Source: Candidatus Karelsulcia muelleri PSPU (GTDB taxonomy: Bacteria > Bacteroidota > Bacteroidia > Flavobacteriales > Blattabacteriaceae). From it: a DNA stretch of 32,000 bases. The stretch lies in assembly GCF_000829155.1 (NCBI RefSeq), contig NZ_AP013293.1, positions 180,001 through 212,000 on the forward strand. Direction: 5' to 3'. A program made the position numbers and the translations under genes. Positions 9,427 to 19,186 of this stretch are shown in pieces. The stretch's first letter is position 1. The number at the start of each line of letters is the position of its first letter. The notes beneath the pieces were generated by a model. The model was given only the letters and a program-made list of their open reading frames with translations. It ran no database searches and was not told the DNA's origin.

Positions 9427-10749
9427 ATGAAAAAAATTATAAATTTTTTTTTATCAAAAATATTCTTTTTATTACTTATTATTATATATATAATAGCTCT
9501 TGCTATAGCAACTTTTTTGGAAGAAAAATATTCGACAGAAACAGCACAAGCTATTATTTATTATTCTAAATGGTTTGAAATAATAATGTTATTATTAGTA
9601 ATAAATTTTATTGGAAATATAAAAAAATATAAATTATTTAATTTAAAAAAATGGCCAATATTAACTTTTCATATATCATTTTTATTTATTATTTTAGGAG
9701 GAGGAATATCAAGATATTTTGGTTTTGATGGAACATTATTAATTCGTGAGGGGAATAAATCCAACCATTTTTTTTCAAAAAAAAAATATTTACAAATAAA
9801 TCTGTCAGATAATAATAAATGTTCTTGTTTTAAACAAAATTATATAATTTCTGATATTCATAATCATTTTGAAAAATTTTTTTATTTTAAAAATAATATT
9901 TTTCTAATAAAATTAGAGAATTATTTAAAAAATGTAAAAGAAATCTTTATAAATGATAAGTTAGGTGAAAAATATATTAATATTATTACTATAAATAATA
10001 ATATTTCTAAATATCATTTTATACAAAGTGGATCTCTAAAAGAGATAGAAGGATATTATATTAGTTTTAATAAACATGTAAAAGGTATTATAAATATTTA
10101 TGAATTAAATAATAAAATTTATATAGAAACTCCATTAAATCTTAAATCAGAATTGAAATTATCATATATATATAATATCTATAATTTTAAATTTTTTATT
10201 AAAAGTAAACCTATTTTAGTAAAAAAATATTTAATTCCTATTAATAATAAATATAATTTATCAAATTATCCATCTTATATAAATGGATTTATTTATAAAC
10301 AAAATTTGTTTAAAAAATTTGATATTTTAATATCAAAAAATTTTAAATTAATTAAAAATAAAATAAATTTTTTAGGAAATAATATATCTATTACATATGG
10401 TCCAATAGAATTGGAATTGCCTTTTTTTGTAAAATTAAAAAAATTTATTTTAGAAAAATATCCTGGATCTTTAAATCCATCTTTTTTCAAAAGTGAATTA
10501 CAAATTATTTATGGTAATAAAATAAATAATTTTTATATTTCTATGAATAATATTTTTGATTATAAAGGATATAGATTTTTTCAATCTGGATATAATTCAG
10601 ATGAAAAAGGAACTATTCTTTATATTAATCATGATTTTTGGGGTTATAATATTTCATATTTTGGTTATCTTATATTAATAATAAGTGTGTTTTTTATTTC
10701 TTTTTGTAAGAACAGTCGATTTGGTAAATTAAAAAGTCAATTTAAATGA
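9427..10749 (+). CDS. resB: Cytochrome c biogenesis protein ResB/Ccs1 (system II)
   Basis: 440-aa ORF with N-terminal transmembrane helices, a large soluble middle region and a C-terminal transmembrane helix. It lies directly upstream of ccsA and overlaps it by 4 nt (ATGA). It ends in TGA. Confidence 0.72.
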   Translation: MKKIINFFLSKIFFLLLIIIYIIALAIATFLEEKYSTETAQAIIYYSKWFEIIMLLLVINFIGNIKKYKLFNLKKWPILTFHISFLFIILGGGISRYFGFDGTLLIREGNKSNHFFSKKKYLQINLSDNNKCSCFKQNYIISDIHNHFEKFFYFKNNIFLIKLENYLKNVKEIFINDKLGEKYINIITINNNISKYHFIQSGSLKEIEGYYISFNKHVKGIINIYELNNKIYIETPLNLKSELKLSYIYNIYNFKFFIKSKPILVKKYLIPINNKYNLSNYPSYINGFIYKQNLFKKFDILISKNFKLIKNKINFLGNNISITYGPIELELPFFVKLKKFILEKYPGSLNPSFFKSELQIIYGNKINNFYISMNNIFDYKGYRFFQSGYNSDEKGTILYINHDFWGYNISYFGYLILIISVFFISFCKNSRFGKLKSQFK

Positions 10750-12521
10750 TTATGTCAATAAATAAATTGAATATTAAGAAACATATTATTTTAATATTTT
10801 TTTGTTTTTTTTTCATTAATTTTAATTATGGAAATTCTAATTTTAAAAATTTAGATAAAAAAAGATTTTATCTTGAACCTTCTCATACTAAAAAATTTGG
10901 AACTATACTTGTTCAAGATTCCAATGGGAGGATTAAACCAATGAATACTGTAGCCTTAGAATTATTAAGAAAAATTTCTAAAACAGATCATATTCAAAAT
11001 ATAGATGCCAATAATTGGTTATTGTCATTTTATAAAAATGATATATACTGGTTTATATATCCTTTTATAAAAGTTAATAAAAAACTAGGACCAAAATTAT
11101 TGGAACTTTTTAAAGTTAATGAAGATGGATATACTTGTTTTATTAATTTCTATAAAAATGTCACTAAATATAGTGATAAAAAAAAAAAATATGAATTAAT
11201 TTTTAAAAAAGAATTAAAAGAAGCTTTTTCTAAAAATCCTTTTGAAAGGAATGATTTTGATAAAGAAATAGTTGATTTATTTAGGACCATAAATATGATA
11301 TCAAATATTTTAAAAGGAAAATATATTAAGATTTTCCCTGTTCCTAATAATGAAAATATGGCTTGGGAGCCTTGGATTAATCCAAAATCTAATTTAGAGA
11401 ATATTTTACCATTTAAAGAATATTTGGAATCTTTATCTTATTCTAAAAAAACTAATAATTGGGATAAACCAAATCAAATATTAGATAATATTATTTCTTT
11501 TCAAAAAAAAAATGGTCTTTCTTTAATTCCTTCTAATAAGAAAGTAAAATTAGAAATTTTATATAATAAATTAAATATTAATACATTTTTAATGTATAGT
11601 TACATATACTTAGGTATAATAATATTATTATATTCTTTTTTTAGAATATTTAATAAAAAAAAAAAAATTAATTTTATTAATTATATATTATATATTTTAT
11701 TATATATATTTTTTTTATATCATACATTTGGTTTATTTATACGTTGGTATGTGTCTTCACATGCTCCTTGGAGTAATGAATATGAATCAATTATTTTTAT
11801 TAGTTGGTGTACTTTATTCTCAGGATTATTATTATCAAAAAATAAAAATTTATTTGTACCAGGAGTATCTTGTATTACATCAAGTATTTTATTATTTATA
11901 GCATATTTCAATTTAATTAATCCTGAAATTACAAATTTAACACCTGTTCTTAAATCTTATTGGTTAATTATCCACGTTGCAATTATCATATCAAGTTATG
12001 GCTTTTTAATTGTTAGTTCTTTTTTAGGATTATTAGTTTTAATATTTTTATTTTTAAATAAAAAAATAAGAAAAAAAAGACTAGAATTTATAATTTTTGA
12101 ATTAACTATTATTAATGAATTATCTATGATAATAGGTCTTTTTTTTCTAACTATAGGAACTTTTTTAGGAGCTATTTGGGCAAATGAAAGTTGGGGAACT
12201 TATTGGAATTGGGATCCAAAAGAAACATGGGCATTAATTACTATAATGGTTTATGTCTTTATTTTACATATGAGGTTTATTCCTTTATTTAAAGGAATCT
12301 ATATTTTTAATTTTTTTAGTTTTTTATCTCTATTATCTATAGTTATGACTTATTTTGGAGTAAATTATTATTTATCAGGATTACATTCCTATGCTAAAGG
12401 AGAAAATGTAAATATTTTATATATTTTTTACATTTTATTTATTATTATTATAATAATAATTATATTATCATTTAATGATTTATTAGATCATTTCATAAAA
12501 AAAAAAAAAATTAATAATTAA
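10746..12521 (+). CDS. ccsA: Cytochrome c-type biogenesis protein CcsA (system II heme handling)
   Basis: 591-aa ORF. The C-terminal polytopic domain carries the Trp-rich heme-handling motif WGTYWNWDPKETWALIT. Confidence 0.88.
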   Translation: MIMSINKLNIKKHIILIFFCFFFINFNYGNSNFKNLDKKRFYLEPSHTKKFGTILVQDSNGRIKPMNTVALELLRKISKTDHIQNIDANNWLLSFYKNDIYWFIYPFIKVNKKLGPKLLELFKVNEDGYTCFINFYKNVTKYSDKKKKYELIFKKELKEAFSKNPFERNDFDKEIVDLFRTINMISNILKGKYIKIFPVPNNENMAWEPWINPKSNLENILPFKEYLESLSYSKKTNNWDKPNQILDNIISFQKKNGLSLIPSNKKVKLEILYNKLNINTFLMYSYIYLGIIILLYSFFRIFNKKKKINFINYILYILLYIFFLYHTFGLFIRWYVSSHAPWSNEYESIIFISWCTLFSGLLLSKNKNLFVPGVSCITSSILLFIAYFNLINPEITNLTPVLKSYWLIIHVAIIISSYGFLIVSSFLGLLVLIFLFLNKKIRKKRLEFIIFELTIINELSMIIGLFFLTIGTFLGAIWANESWGTYWNWDPKETWALITIMVYVFILHMRFIPLFKGIYIFNFFSFLSLLSIVMTYFGVNYYLSGLHSYAKGENVNILYIFYILFIIIIIIIILSFNDLLDHFIKKKKINN

Positions 12522-12827
12522 ATAATTATGACTTATATCTTTTTATATATAAAAAATTTTTTTACTATTATTTTTGATAAAATGCAATTATATGGATATA
12601 TTATTAATATAATATTAATTATATTATTTATATTATATATGTTTTTTGGTATAAAAAAATATATATTATAATACAAATTATTTATATGTTTATAATGTTT
12701 ATAAGATATATTATTACTCTTATAGCTTATACAGTTCCATATTTTTTATATGAAATTAATTTTATTATTAAAGTAATAATAATTACAAATTTATCTTACT
12801 TTATAAGAAATCATTTTTATCCAATAA

Positions 12828-15299
12828 TTAAAATTTATTATCAAATATAAAATTCAATTTCCATCCTGGTTTAGTAGTCTTATCAAGAGTTTTATCCAAT
12901 CTATAAGATAAATCACATCCTAAATATCCAATATAATTTACAAAAAGTCTAAGTCCAGTTCCTATAGAACGTTTTAAATTGAAAAGAGAAAAATTTTTAT
13001 AATTATCAAATATATTTCCAGCTTCAAAAAAATTAGAAATCCAAAATTTAAACCAATTTTTATCCAATATTAAATATCTTAATTCTGATTTATATTTATT
13101 ATAAATCACTCCTCCATTTTTGGGAGTTATAACTCCCAAAAATTTATTAGGTTCAGAATATCCTCTTAAAGGAATAAAATTTTCTTTATTTAAATTATCT
13201 TTTTCAAAATTTGTTCCTCCCATATAAAAATTATTAAGATTATTTGAATTATTATTCAAGATAAATCCAAATTCATATCCTATTTTAGTCATCAAATTAT
13301 TAAAAAATTGATTATACAAAATCGTTTTCAATTGAAATTGAAAATATTCAAAAAATTTTTTTTTAAAATTAGAAATTCTTAATAAAGAAGGTAAGGTAAA
13401 AATTGACTTTAATTTAAAATTTTCACCTGTTTTCATGAAAATTTGTTTTTTATCAATTGTGTTTTTATTAAACAAAAATTTAAATTTTAAATTTTTTGAT
13501 GTTTTAATAACTTTTGTTATCAAATTGTTTTTATTAAAAAAAGATTTCTTATTAGAATCATAATTTATATGAAATTCTAGTTTATTCATTTTTTTTAATT
13601 TTTTTATAAATTTAATTGAATTTTTATTTTTTGTCAAATAATAATTTTTTTCTTCATTTAAATTTGGGTTTGAATTAGATTCAATATTATTTTTCTTTTT
13701 TTCTTTAGAAGAAAATAAATTTAATTTAAATTTACTAAAATTAAATAATTTGGGATCTATAAAAGATAGATTAATTTCTTTTAAATTTTCTCCTAAATTT
13801 ATTAAAAAATTAACTTTTTGATTATCCCCATATGGCCTTTTATTAAATTTTAAAAAATTTAATAAAGAAAAATTCTTTATTTTTAAAAAAAATTGTCCAA
13901 ATAAATCAGGAACTTTATAATTCATTTTAAAGTTTATCTCACTATTTTTTTTTTCAGTAAATAAAAAATTAATATCTACTTGATTTTTTGTTTTATTGGT
14001 TTCATTATTCCAATCCACATTTTCAAATAAATCTAATTTCTTTAAATTTTCTAATGATTTTATAATTTTTTTATGAGACCATAAGTCTCCTGGAGAGAAG
14101 GTAATTTCTTGTAAAAGAATACTATCTTTTACTTTTTTATTTCCTATTAAATTTATTTTATTAAAATAAAATTTTTCATTTTCTAATATAGAAATCTCTA
14201 AATCAAGAACATTATCATCTACCTTTTTTTCAGAAAAACTAAATTTTGGATTGAAATATCCATTTTTTTTATATTCTGAAATTAGACTATTGGGATTAGA
14301 TTCATTTAATACCAAACTTTTTATTTCTAATAAATTAAAAATTTTATTTTGAATTGAATTAAATTTTTGTTTTAAAATGTTATCGTTAAAAAATTTATTT
14401 CCTTTAAAAGAACAATTTCTTAAAAAGTATTGATTACCTTGATCTATTTTTAGATTTAATAAATAATAATTATTATTAATTTTTTTTATTTTTTCTGAAA
14501 GAATTTTTACTTCTTTAAATCCATTTATTTTAAAAAGATTAATTAAATTTTCTTGATCTAATTTAAATTTGTCTTTAACAAAGATTTGTTCTTTAAAAGA
14601 ATTGATCATTATATTTTTTATTTCCTCTTTTGAAAAAAAATTATTTCCTTCAATTATTAAATCTTTTATTTTAAATAAATTTCCTTTTTTTACTGTAATT
14701 TTTAATTTATTATTCTCTTCATAATCCATTTGATATTGGATATTTGTATATCCTTTTTTTTCATAAAATTCATTAATTCTTTTTAAAAAAAAAATAATTA
14801 AATCATCATTTAAATCTTTTTTTAAAAAATCTTTATCAAAAATTAATTTTGATTCTTTTTCAGTAATTCCTATTACTTCAATAGTATTAAAATAATCAAT
14901 TTCATTAGATGATATCTCTAATATAATTTCTTTATTATTAAGATAATGTATATGAATTTTTATATCTTTAAAATTACCATATTTTAATAAATTATTTATA
15001 GTTTTATCAAAATTATATTTTTTTATATCAATTTTATCTCCTTCTTTTAAATCTATTAAAGATAATATTTCATTATTTCCATATATTTTAATTTTTTTTA
15101 TTTTAAAAAAATTTTCTTTATTAAAATTTTCTTTTATCATAATTTTATTCTCACTATGAGCTGGTTGAAAATTTTCTTTATTAAAATTTTCTTTTATCAT
15201 AATTTTATTCTCACTATAAGCTGGTTGAAAATTTAATTCCAAAAATAGCTCTATTATTAGATATCTTAATATAGATAAAAAATTATTCATTTTGTTCAA
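12828..15299 (-). CDS. bamA: Outer membrane protein assembly factor BamA
   Basis: 823-aa ORF with a signal-like N-terminus, POTRA-like repeats (KIKKIKIYGNN..., IKDLIIEGNNFFSKEEI, INLIGNKKVKD) and a C-terminal barrel ending in aromatic F (WKLNFIFDNKF). Confidence 0.85.
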   Translation of the reverse strand: MNKMNNFLSILRYLIIELFLELNFQPAYSENKIMIKENFNKENFQPAHSENKIMIKENFNKENFFKIKKIKIYGNNEILSLIDLKEGDKIDIKKYNFDKTINNLLKYGNFKDIKIHIHYLNNKEIILEISSNEIDYFNTIEVIGITEKESKLIFDKDFLKKDLNDDLIIFFLKRINEFYEKKGYTNIQYQMDYEENNKLKITVKKGNLFKIKDLIIEGNNFFSKEEIKNIMINSFKEQIFVKDKFKLDQENLINLFKINGFKEVKILSEKIKKINNNYYLLNLKIDQGNQYFLRNCSFKGNKFFNDNILKQKFNSIQNKIFNLLEIKSLVLNESNPNSLISEYKKNGYFNPKFSFSEKKVDDNVLDLEISILENEKFYFNKINLIGNKKVKDSILLQEITFSPGDLWSHKKIIKSLENLKKLDLFENVDWNNETNKTKNQVDINFLFTEKKNSEINFKMNYKVPDLFGQFFLKIKNFSLLNFLKFNKRPYGDNQKVNFLINLGENLKEINLSFIDPKLFNFSKFKLNLFSSKEKKKNNIESNSNPNLNEEKNYYLTKNKNSIKFIKKLKKMNKLEFHINYDSNKKSFFNKNNLITKVIKTSKNLKFKFLFNKNTIDKKQIFMKTGENFKLKSIFTLPSLLRISNFKKKFFEYFQFQLKTILYNQFFNNLMTKIGYEFGFILNNNSNNLNNFYMGGTNFEKDNLNKENFIPLRGYSEPNKFLGVITPKNGGVIYNKYKSELRYLILDKNWFKFWISNFFEAGNIFDNYKNFSLFNLKRSIGTGLRLFVNYIGYLGCDLSYRLDKTLDKTTKPGWKLNFIFDNKF
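15111..15230. repeat. Tandem 60-bp duplication (2 copies, 1 mismatch) inside the bamA 5' end
   Basis: 15111-15170 and 15171-15230 are identical except g at 15158 versus a at 15218. They encode NFQPAYSENKIMIKENFNKE and NFQPAHSENKIMIKENFNKE in frame. Confidence 0.95.
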
Positions 15300-15582
15300 T
15301 ATAAATTATATTTATATATTTGTATACTTTAATATAAGTAATTTTTTTTTAAATTTGTAATAATTTAATGTCTTAAATAGGTCCCTTCTAAATTTTGTAA
15401 CCTATTTACATAATCTTTAATTATCTATCTCATCTGTTTTATTATTTAATATACAATATATAAATATTAAGACTATCAATATTTGATATATTTTATATAT
15501 TATTTTATAAATAAATTTTATTATAAACAAACTATTAAAAAATTTTTATTTTAATATATAAATATATTTTTTTAAAAAAAAA

Positions 15583-16137
15583 ATGAAAGAATCGTTTGAT
15601 TTAATCAAAAAATTTAAATTAGAAGTAAAAGATAAAAAGGAAAAATTTAAAAAAAAAATTTTAAAAATTAGAATAGATAGAATAAATGAAAATTTTTTAG
15701 ATTCTATTAATATAGAATATTATGGGCAGAAAGTACCTATAAATAATCTATCTACTATATTAAAAGTAAATGCAATTACTGTTTTCATAAAACCTTGGGA
15801 AAAAAAATATTTAAATATTATTTATAAAACTTTATTAAAAGAAGATAGAGGTTTCATCATTATAAATGATGGAAAAATGATAAAATTAAAAATTTCTAAA
15901 TTAACAGAAGAAACTAGAAAAAAATTAATAAAAAAGGTAAAATTTTTTTTAGAAAAAAAAAAAATTGAAATAAGAAATCTTCGAAATGAAGTTAATAAAA
16001 AATTAAAAAAATTTTCTTATTTAGAAGAAGATTTTTTAAAAAAAAAAAAAAATGAAATACAAAATATAACTGATAAATATTTAGAAAAAATAAATGTTAT
16101 TTTTAAACAAAAAGAAAAAGAAATATTAACAATTTAA
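15583..16137 (+). CDS. frr: Ribosome recycling factor
   Basis: 184-aa ORF of typical RRF length and layout (central domain followed by a long charged C-terminal helix). The stop overlaps the asnS start (TAATG). Confidence 0.88.
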   Translation: MKESFDLIKKFKLEVKDKKEKFKKKILKIRIDRINENFLDSINIEYYGQKVPINNLSTILKVNAITVFIKPWEKKYLNIIYKTLLKEDRGFIIINDGKMIKLKISKLTEETRKKLIKKVKFFLEKKKIEIRNLRNEVNKKLKKFSYLEEDFLKKKKNEIQNITDKYLEKINVIFKQKEKEILTI

Positions 16138-17540
16138 TGATAATAAATTCAAATTATATATATAATATATTAATTAATTATAATTTTTTTTTATTTAAAA
16201 AAATAAATGTAAAAGGATGGGTAAAACATTTTCGTTATAATTATTTTTTAAATATAAATGATGGATCTTCTTTAAAAGATTTACAAATTATTATTGATAA
16301 TAAATATTTTAATATTTTTTTTTTAAAAAAAATTAATATAGGAGTTTCCTTAGAAATAATAGGAATTTTAGTATTAAGTAAAGGTCAAAAACAAAATATA
16401 GAGATCTATGCAAATAGAATTAAGATTTTGGGATCTTTTAAAATGGAAGATTTACAAAAGACTATTTTACAAAAAAAAAAACATAGTTTAAAAAAATTAA
16501 GAGAACAATCTTATTTAAGATTTAGAACAAATATTTTTAGTTCTATTATGAGAATACGTCATAATATTGCTTTTTCAATACACAAATTTTTTTATAAAAA
16601 AAATTTTTTTTATATAAATACTCCTATTATTACAACTTATGATACTGAAGGAGCAGGAGATATGTTTAAAGTTACAAATTTTAAGTTGAAACAAATTCCA
16701 ATAAATGAATTTGGAGAAATAAATAAGACTTTAGATTTTTTTGGAGATTTTACATATTTAACTGTATCTGGTCAATTACAAGGAGAAGCAGCCGTTTCAG
16801 GTTTAGGAAAAATTTATACATTTGGACCAACTTTTCGTGCAGAAAAATCTAATACTTTTAGACATTTATCTGAATTTTGGATGATAGAACCTGAAATGGC
16901 CTTTTATAAATTAAATCATAATATGATTTTAGCAGAAAATTTATTAAAATATGTCATTAAATATGTGATAAATAATTGTTATGATGATTTATTCTTTTTA
17001 GAAAAAAAAAATATTAATAGATTATATTCTATATTAAATTCTTCTTTTAAAAGGATAAGTTATACTAATGCTATAAAAATTCTAAAATATAGTAAATATA
17101 ATAAAAATGGAAAATTTTTTTTTCCAGTTAAATGGGGAACAGATTTACAATCTGAACATGAAAAATTTTTATCAGAACATTATTTTAATAATTGTCCTAT
17201 AATTATATATAATTATCCGTTAAGAATTAAACCTTTTTATATGCGTATCAATGATGATAATAAAACTGTAGCGGCTATGGATGTAATATTTCCTATAATA
17301 GGTGAAATTATAGGAGGGTCTCAAAGAGAAGAAAGATATAATTTTTTATTAAAACGTATGATTGAGTTAAATTTAAATATAAAATCTCTTTGGTGGTATT
17401 TAAATATAAGACGTTTTGGATCTGTTCCTCACAGTGGATTTGGATTAGGATTTGAAAGATTAATTCAATTTATTACAAATATAAATAATATTAAAGATAT
17501 TATACCTTTTCCTAGATTTCAAAAAAATGCATTTTTTTAA
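16137..17540 (+). CDS. asnS: Asparagine--tRNA ligase
   Basis: 467-aa class IIb synthetase with an N-terminal OB anticodon-binding domain, motif 2 FRAEKSNTFRHLSEFWMIEPEMAF, and GGSQREER...GFGLGFERL. Confidence 0.92.
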   Translation: MIINSNYIYNILINYNFFLFKKINVKGWVKHFRYNYFLNINDGSSLKDLQIIIDNKYFNIFFLKKINIGVSLEIIGILVLSKGQKQNIEIYANRIKILGSFKMEDLQKTILQKKKHSLKKLREQSYLRFRTNIFSSIMRIRHNIAFSIHKFFYKKNFFYINTPIITTYDTEGAGDMFKVTNFKLKQIPINEFGEINKTLDFFGDFTYLTVSGQLQGEAAVSGLGKIYTFGPTFRAEKSNTFRHLSEFWMIEPEMAFYKLNHNMILAENLLKYVIKYVINNCYDDLFFLEKKNINRLYSILNSSFKRISYTNAIKILKYSKYNKNGKFFFPVKWGTDLQSEHEKFLSEHYFNNCPIIIYNYPLRIKPFYMRINDDNKTVAAMDVIFPIIGEIIGGSQREERYNFLLKRMIELNLNIKSLWWYLNIRRFGSVPHSGFGLGFERLIQFITNINNIKDIIPFPRFQKNAFF

Positions 17541-17591
17541 AAAAAAAAATATTTTTTATTTTAAAAAAAATAATTATATTAATTTTAAAAA

Positions 17592-17678
17592 GGAGAGATT
17601 GCTGAGAGGTTTAAGGCACATGTTTGGAAAACATGTATATATTAAAAATATTCAAGGGTTCGAATCCCTTTCTCTCCG
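17592..17678 (+). tRNA. tRNA-Ser (anticodon GGA), class II
   Basis: Manual cloverleaf: acceptor ggagaga/tctctcc, anticodon stem catgt/acatg, loop ttGGAaa, long variable arm, T arm aaggg-ttcgaat-ccctt. Confidence 0.88.
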
Positions 17679-17690
17679 CTATAAATTTAT

Positions 17691-17764
17691 GGTCTCATAG
17701 CTCAGTTGGTTAGAGCACCTGACTCATAATCAGGTAGTCGCTGGTTCAAATCCAGCTGAGACCA
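17691..17764 (+). tRNA. tRNA with CAU anticodon (elongator Met or lysidine-dependent Ile2; unresolved)
   Basis: Cloverleaf: acceptor ggtctca/tgagacc, anticodon stem cctga/tcagg, loop ctCATaa. The T arm gtcgctggttcaaatccagc resembles Ile tRNAs and the D arm resembles elongator Met. Confidence 0.85.
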
Positions 17765-17789
17765 CAAATAAAAATTTAATTATTAATTA

Positions 17790-18107
17790 ATGGAAGCATA
17801 TTTTGAAATATTAGGTTATCAATATAAAGCTTATTTAAATCGTTCTATTTATATTCCTTTTTTAGAAAAAGAAAAAATAGGAAATGATATATATATTAAT
17901 CATATATTTTTTTTTAAAAAAGAAAAATTAATTATGATTGGTAATCCAATTATAAATAATATAAAAATAAAAGCTAGGATAATAAAACATTTTAGATCTA
18001 ATAAATTAATTATTTTTAAAAAAAAAAGAAGAAAAGGATATAAATTAAAAAAAGGACATAGACAATATTTAACACAGATAAAAATTATTTCTTTTGAAAA
18101 AAAATAA
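17790..18107 (+). CDS. rplU: 50S ribosomal protein L21
   Basis: 105-aa ORF with the L21-type N-terminus ([11 protein letters not shown]) and a basic C-terminus ([16 protein letters not shown]). It lies directly upstream of rpmA. Confidence 0.9.
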   Translation: MEAYFEILGYQYKAYLNRSIYIPFLEKEKIGNDIYINHIFFFKKEKLIMIGNPIINNIKIKARIIKHFRSNKLIIFKKKRRKGYKLKKGHRQYLTQIKIISFEKK

Positions 18108-18112
18108 AAAAT

Positions 18113-18364
18113 ATGGCACATAAAAAAGGTGTAGGAAGTTCTAGAAATGGACGTGATTCTATTGGAAAACGTCTAGGAGTTAAATTATTTGGAGGACAAA
18201 TTGCTAAACCTGGAAGTATAATTATAAGACAACGGGGAACAAAACATCATCCTAAAAAAAATGTATATATGGGGAAAGATTATTCAATTCATTCTTTAAT
18301 TTATGGAAAAGTTTTTTTTGAAAAAAAAAAAAAATCTTTTATATCAGTAATACCTATTTTATAA
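18113..18364 (+). CDS. rpmA: 50S ribosomal protein L27
   Basis: 83-aa ORF starting [24 protein letters not shown]...[10 protein letters not shown]-like, the canonical L27 signature. Confidence 0.95.
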   Translation: MAHKKGVGSSRNGRDSIGKRLGVKLFGGQIAKPGSIIIRQRGTKHHPKKNVYMGKDYSIHSLIYGKVFFEKKKKSFISVIPIL

Positions 18365-18393
18365 TAAATATTGTACTAATTTAAATTTAGTGA

Positions 18394-18787
18394 GGGGCTG
18401 TATTGGAATTGACATCAAGATTAATATATAAGTAAGCATATCGTGTATTGTAATGTAATCACGTAAAATTAATTACAAAAAAAAACCGACAAAACAAATT
18501 ATGCTCTTGCTGCTTAATATTATTTATTAATAAAGAGTAAATTCGCATAAACTGCGAAAGCAAGATATTATTTTATTTTTTTTTTCTTACAAAAGAATAA
18601 AATATAAAATATAGTAAGAATAGGAAAAATTGAGGTTCTAAATTTTTCTAAAATTTATATAGAACTATTTTCTTTGTTAAAATTTCTTGTTATTTTACTT
18701 AGAATTATTTTTTTTTTATAAGATAAATATGTAGAAAGCTTATAATATTACTTGTTTGGACACGGGTTCGAATCCCGTCAGCTCCAC
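18394..18787 (+). ncRNA. ssrA: tmRNA (SsrA)
   Basis: The 5' end ggggctg pairs with cagctcc at the 3' end, which follows a tRNA-like T arm (ggacacgggttcgaatcccgtc). The internal tag frame reads ...KKTDKTNYALAA with TAA at 18515-18517. The exact resume codon was not determined. Confidence 0.9.
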
Positions 18788-18807
18788 TTAATTAATAAAT
18801 ATTAAAT

Positions 18808-19149
18808 ATGAAATATGAAACTCTTTTTATTTTAAATCCTGTTCTTTCTGAAGAACAGATGAAATATTGTGTCTATGAATACATAGATTTTTTTTTTAAA
18901 AAAAAAGCAAAATTATTGTTTCAAGAACATTGGGGTTTAAAAAAATTAGCTTATTATATACAAAATAAAATTAATGGATATTATCATGTTTTTTATTATA
19001 AAGTAAATTCTCAATTTATTTCTAAATTAGAATTAAAAATAAGACGCGATGAAAGAATCATTAGATTTTTTTCTGTTAAAATAGATAAAGATGCTTCTTT
19101 ATACATAAAAAGAAATAAAAGTAATTTGGTTCAGGCAGATTTTTTTTAA
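18808..19149 (+). CDS. rpsF: 30S ribosomal protein S6
   Basis: 113-aa ORF starting MKYETLFILNP (S6 hallmark YE..FI..P) with WGLKKLAYYI. It is the first gene of the rpsF-rpsR-rplI cluster. Confidence 0.92.
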   Translation: MKYETLFILNPVLSEEQMKYCVYEYIDFFFKKKAKLLFQEHWGLKKLAYYIQNKINGYYHVFYYKVNSQFISKLELKIRRDERIIRFFSVKIDKDASLYIKRNKSNLVQADFF

Positions 19150-19186
19150 AAAAAAAATTATATATAAATATAATAAAATAATAAAA

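Noticed and set aside
15315-15357. Bacteroidota -7 promoter-like boxes TAnnTTTG (tatatttg at 15315-15322 and taaatttg at 15350-15357) in the bamA/frr spacer.
   Set aside because: At this base composition the motif is expected dozens of times per strand in 32 kb, so it cannot be called a promoter without transcription start data.
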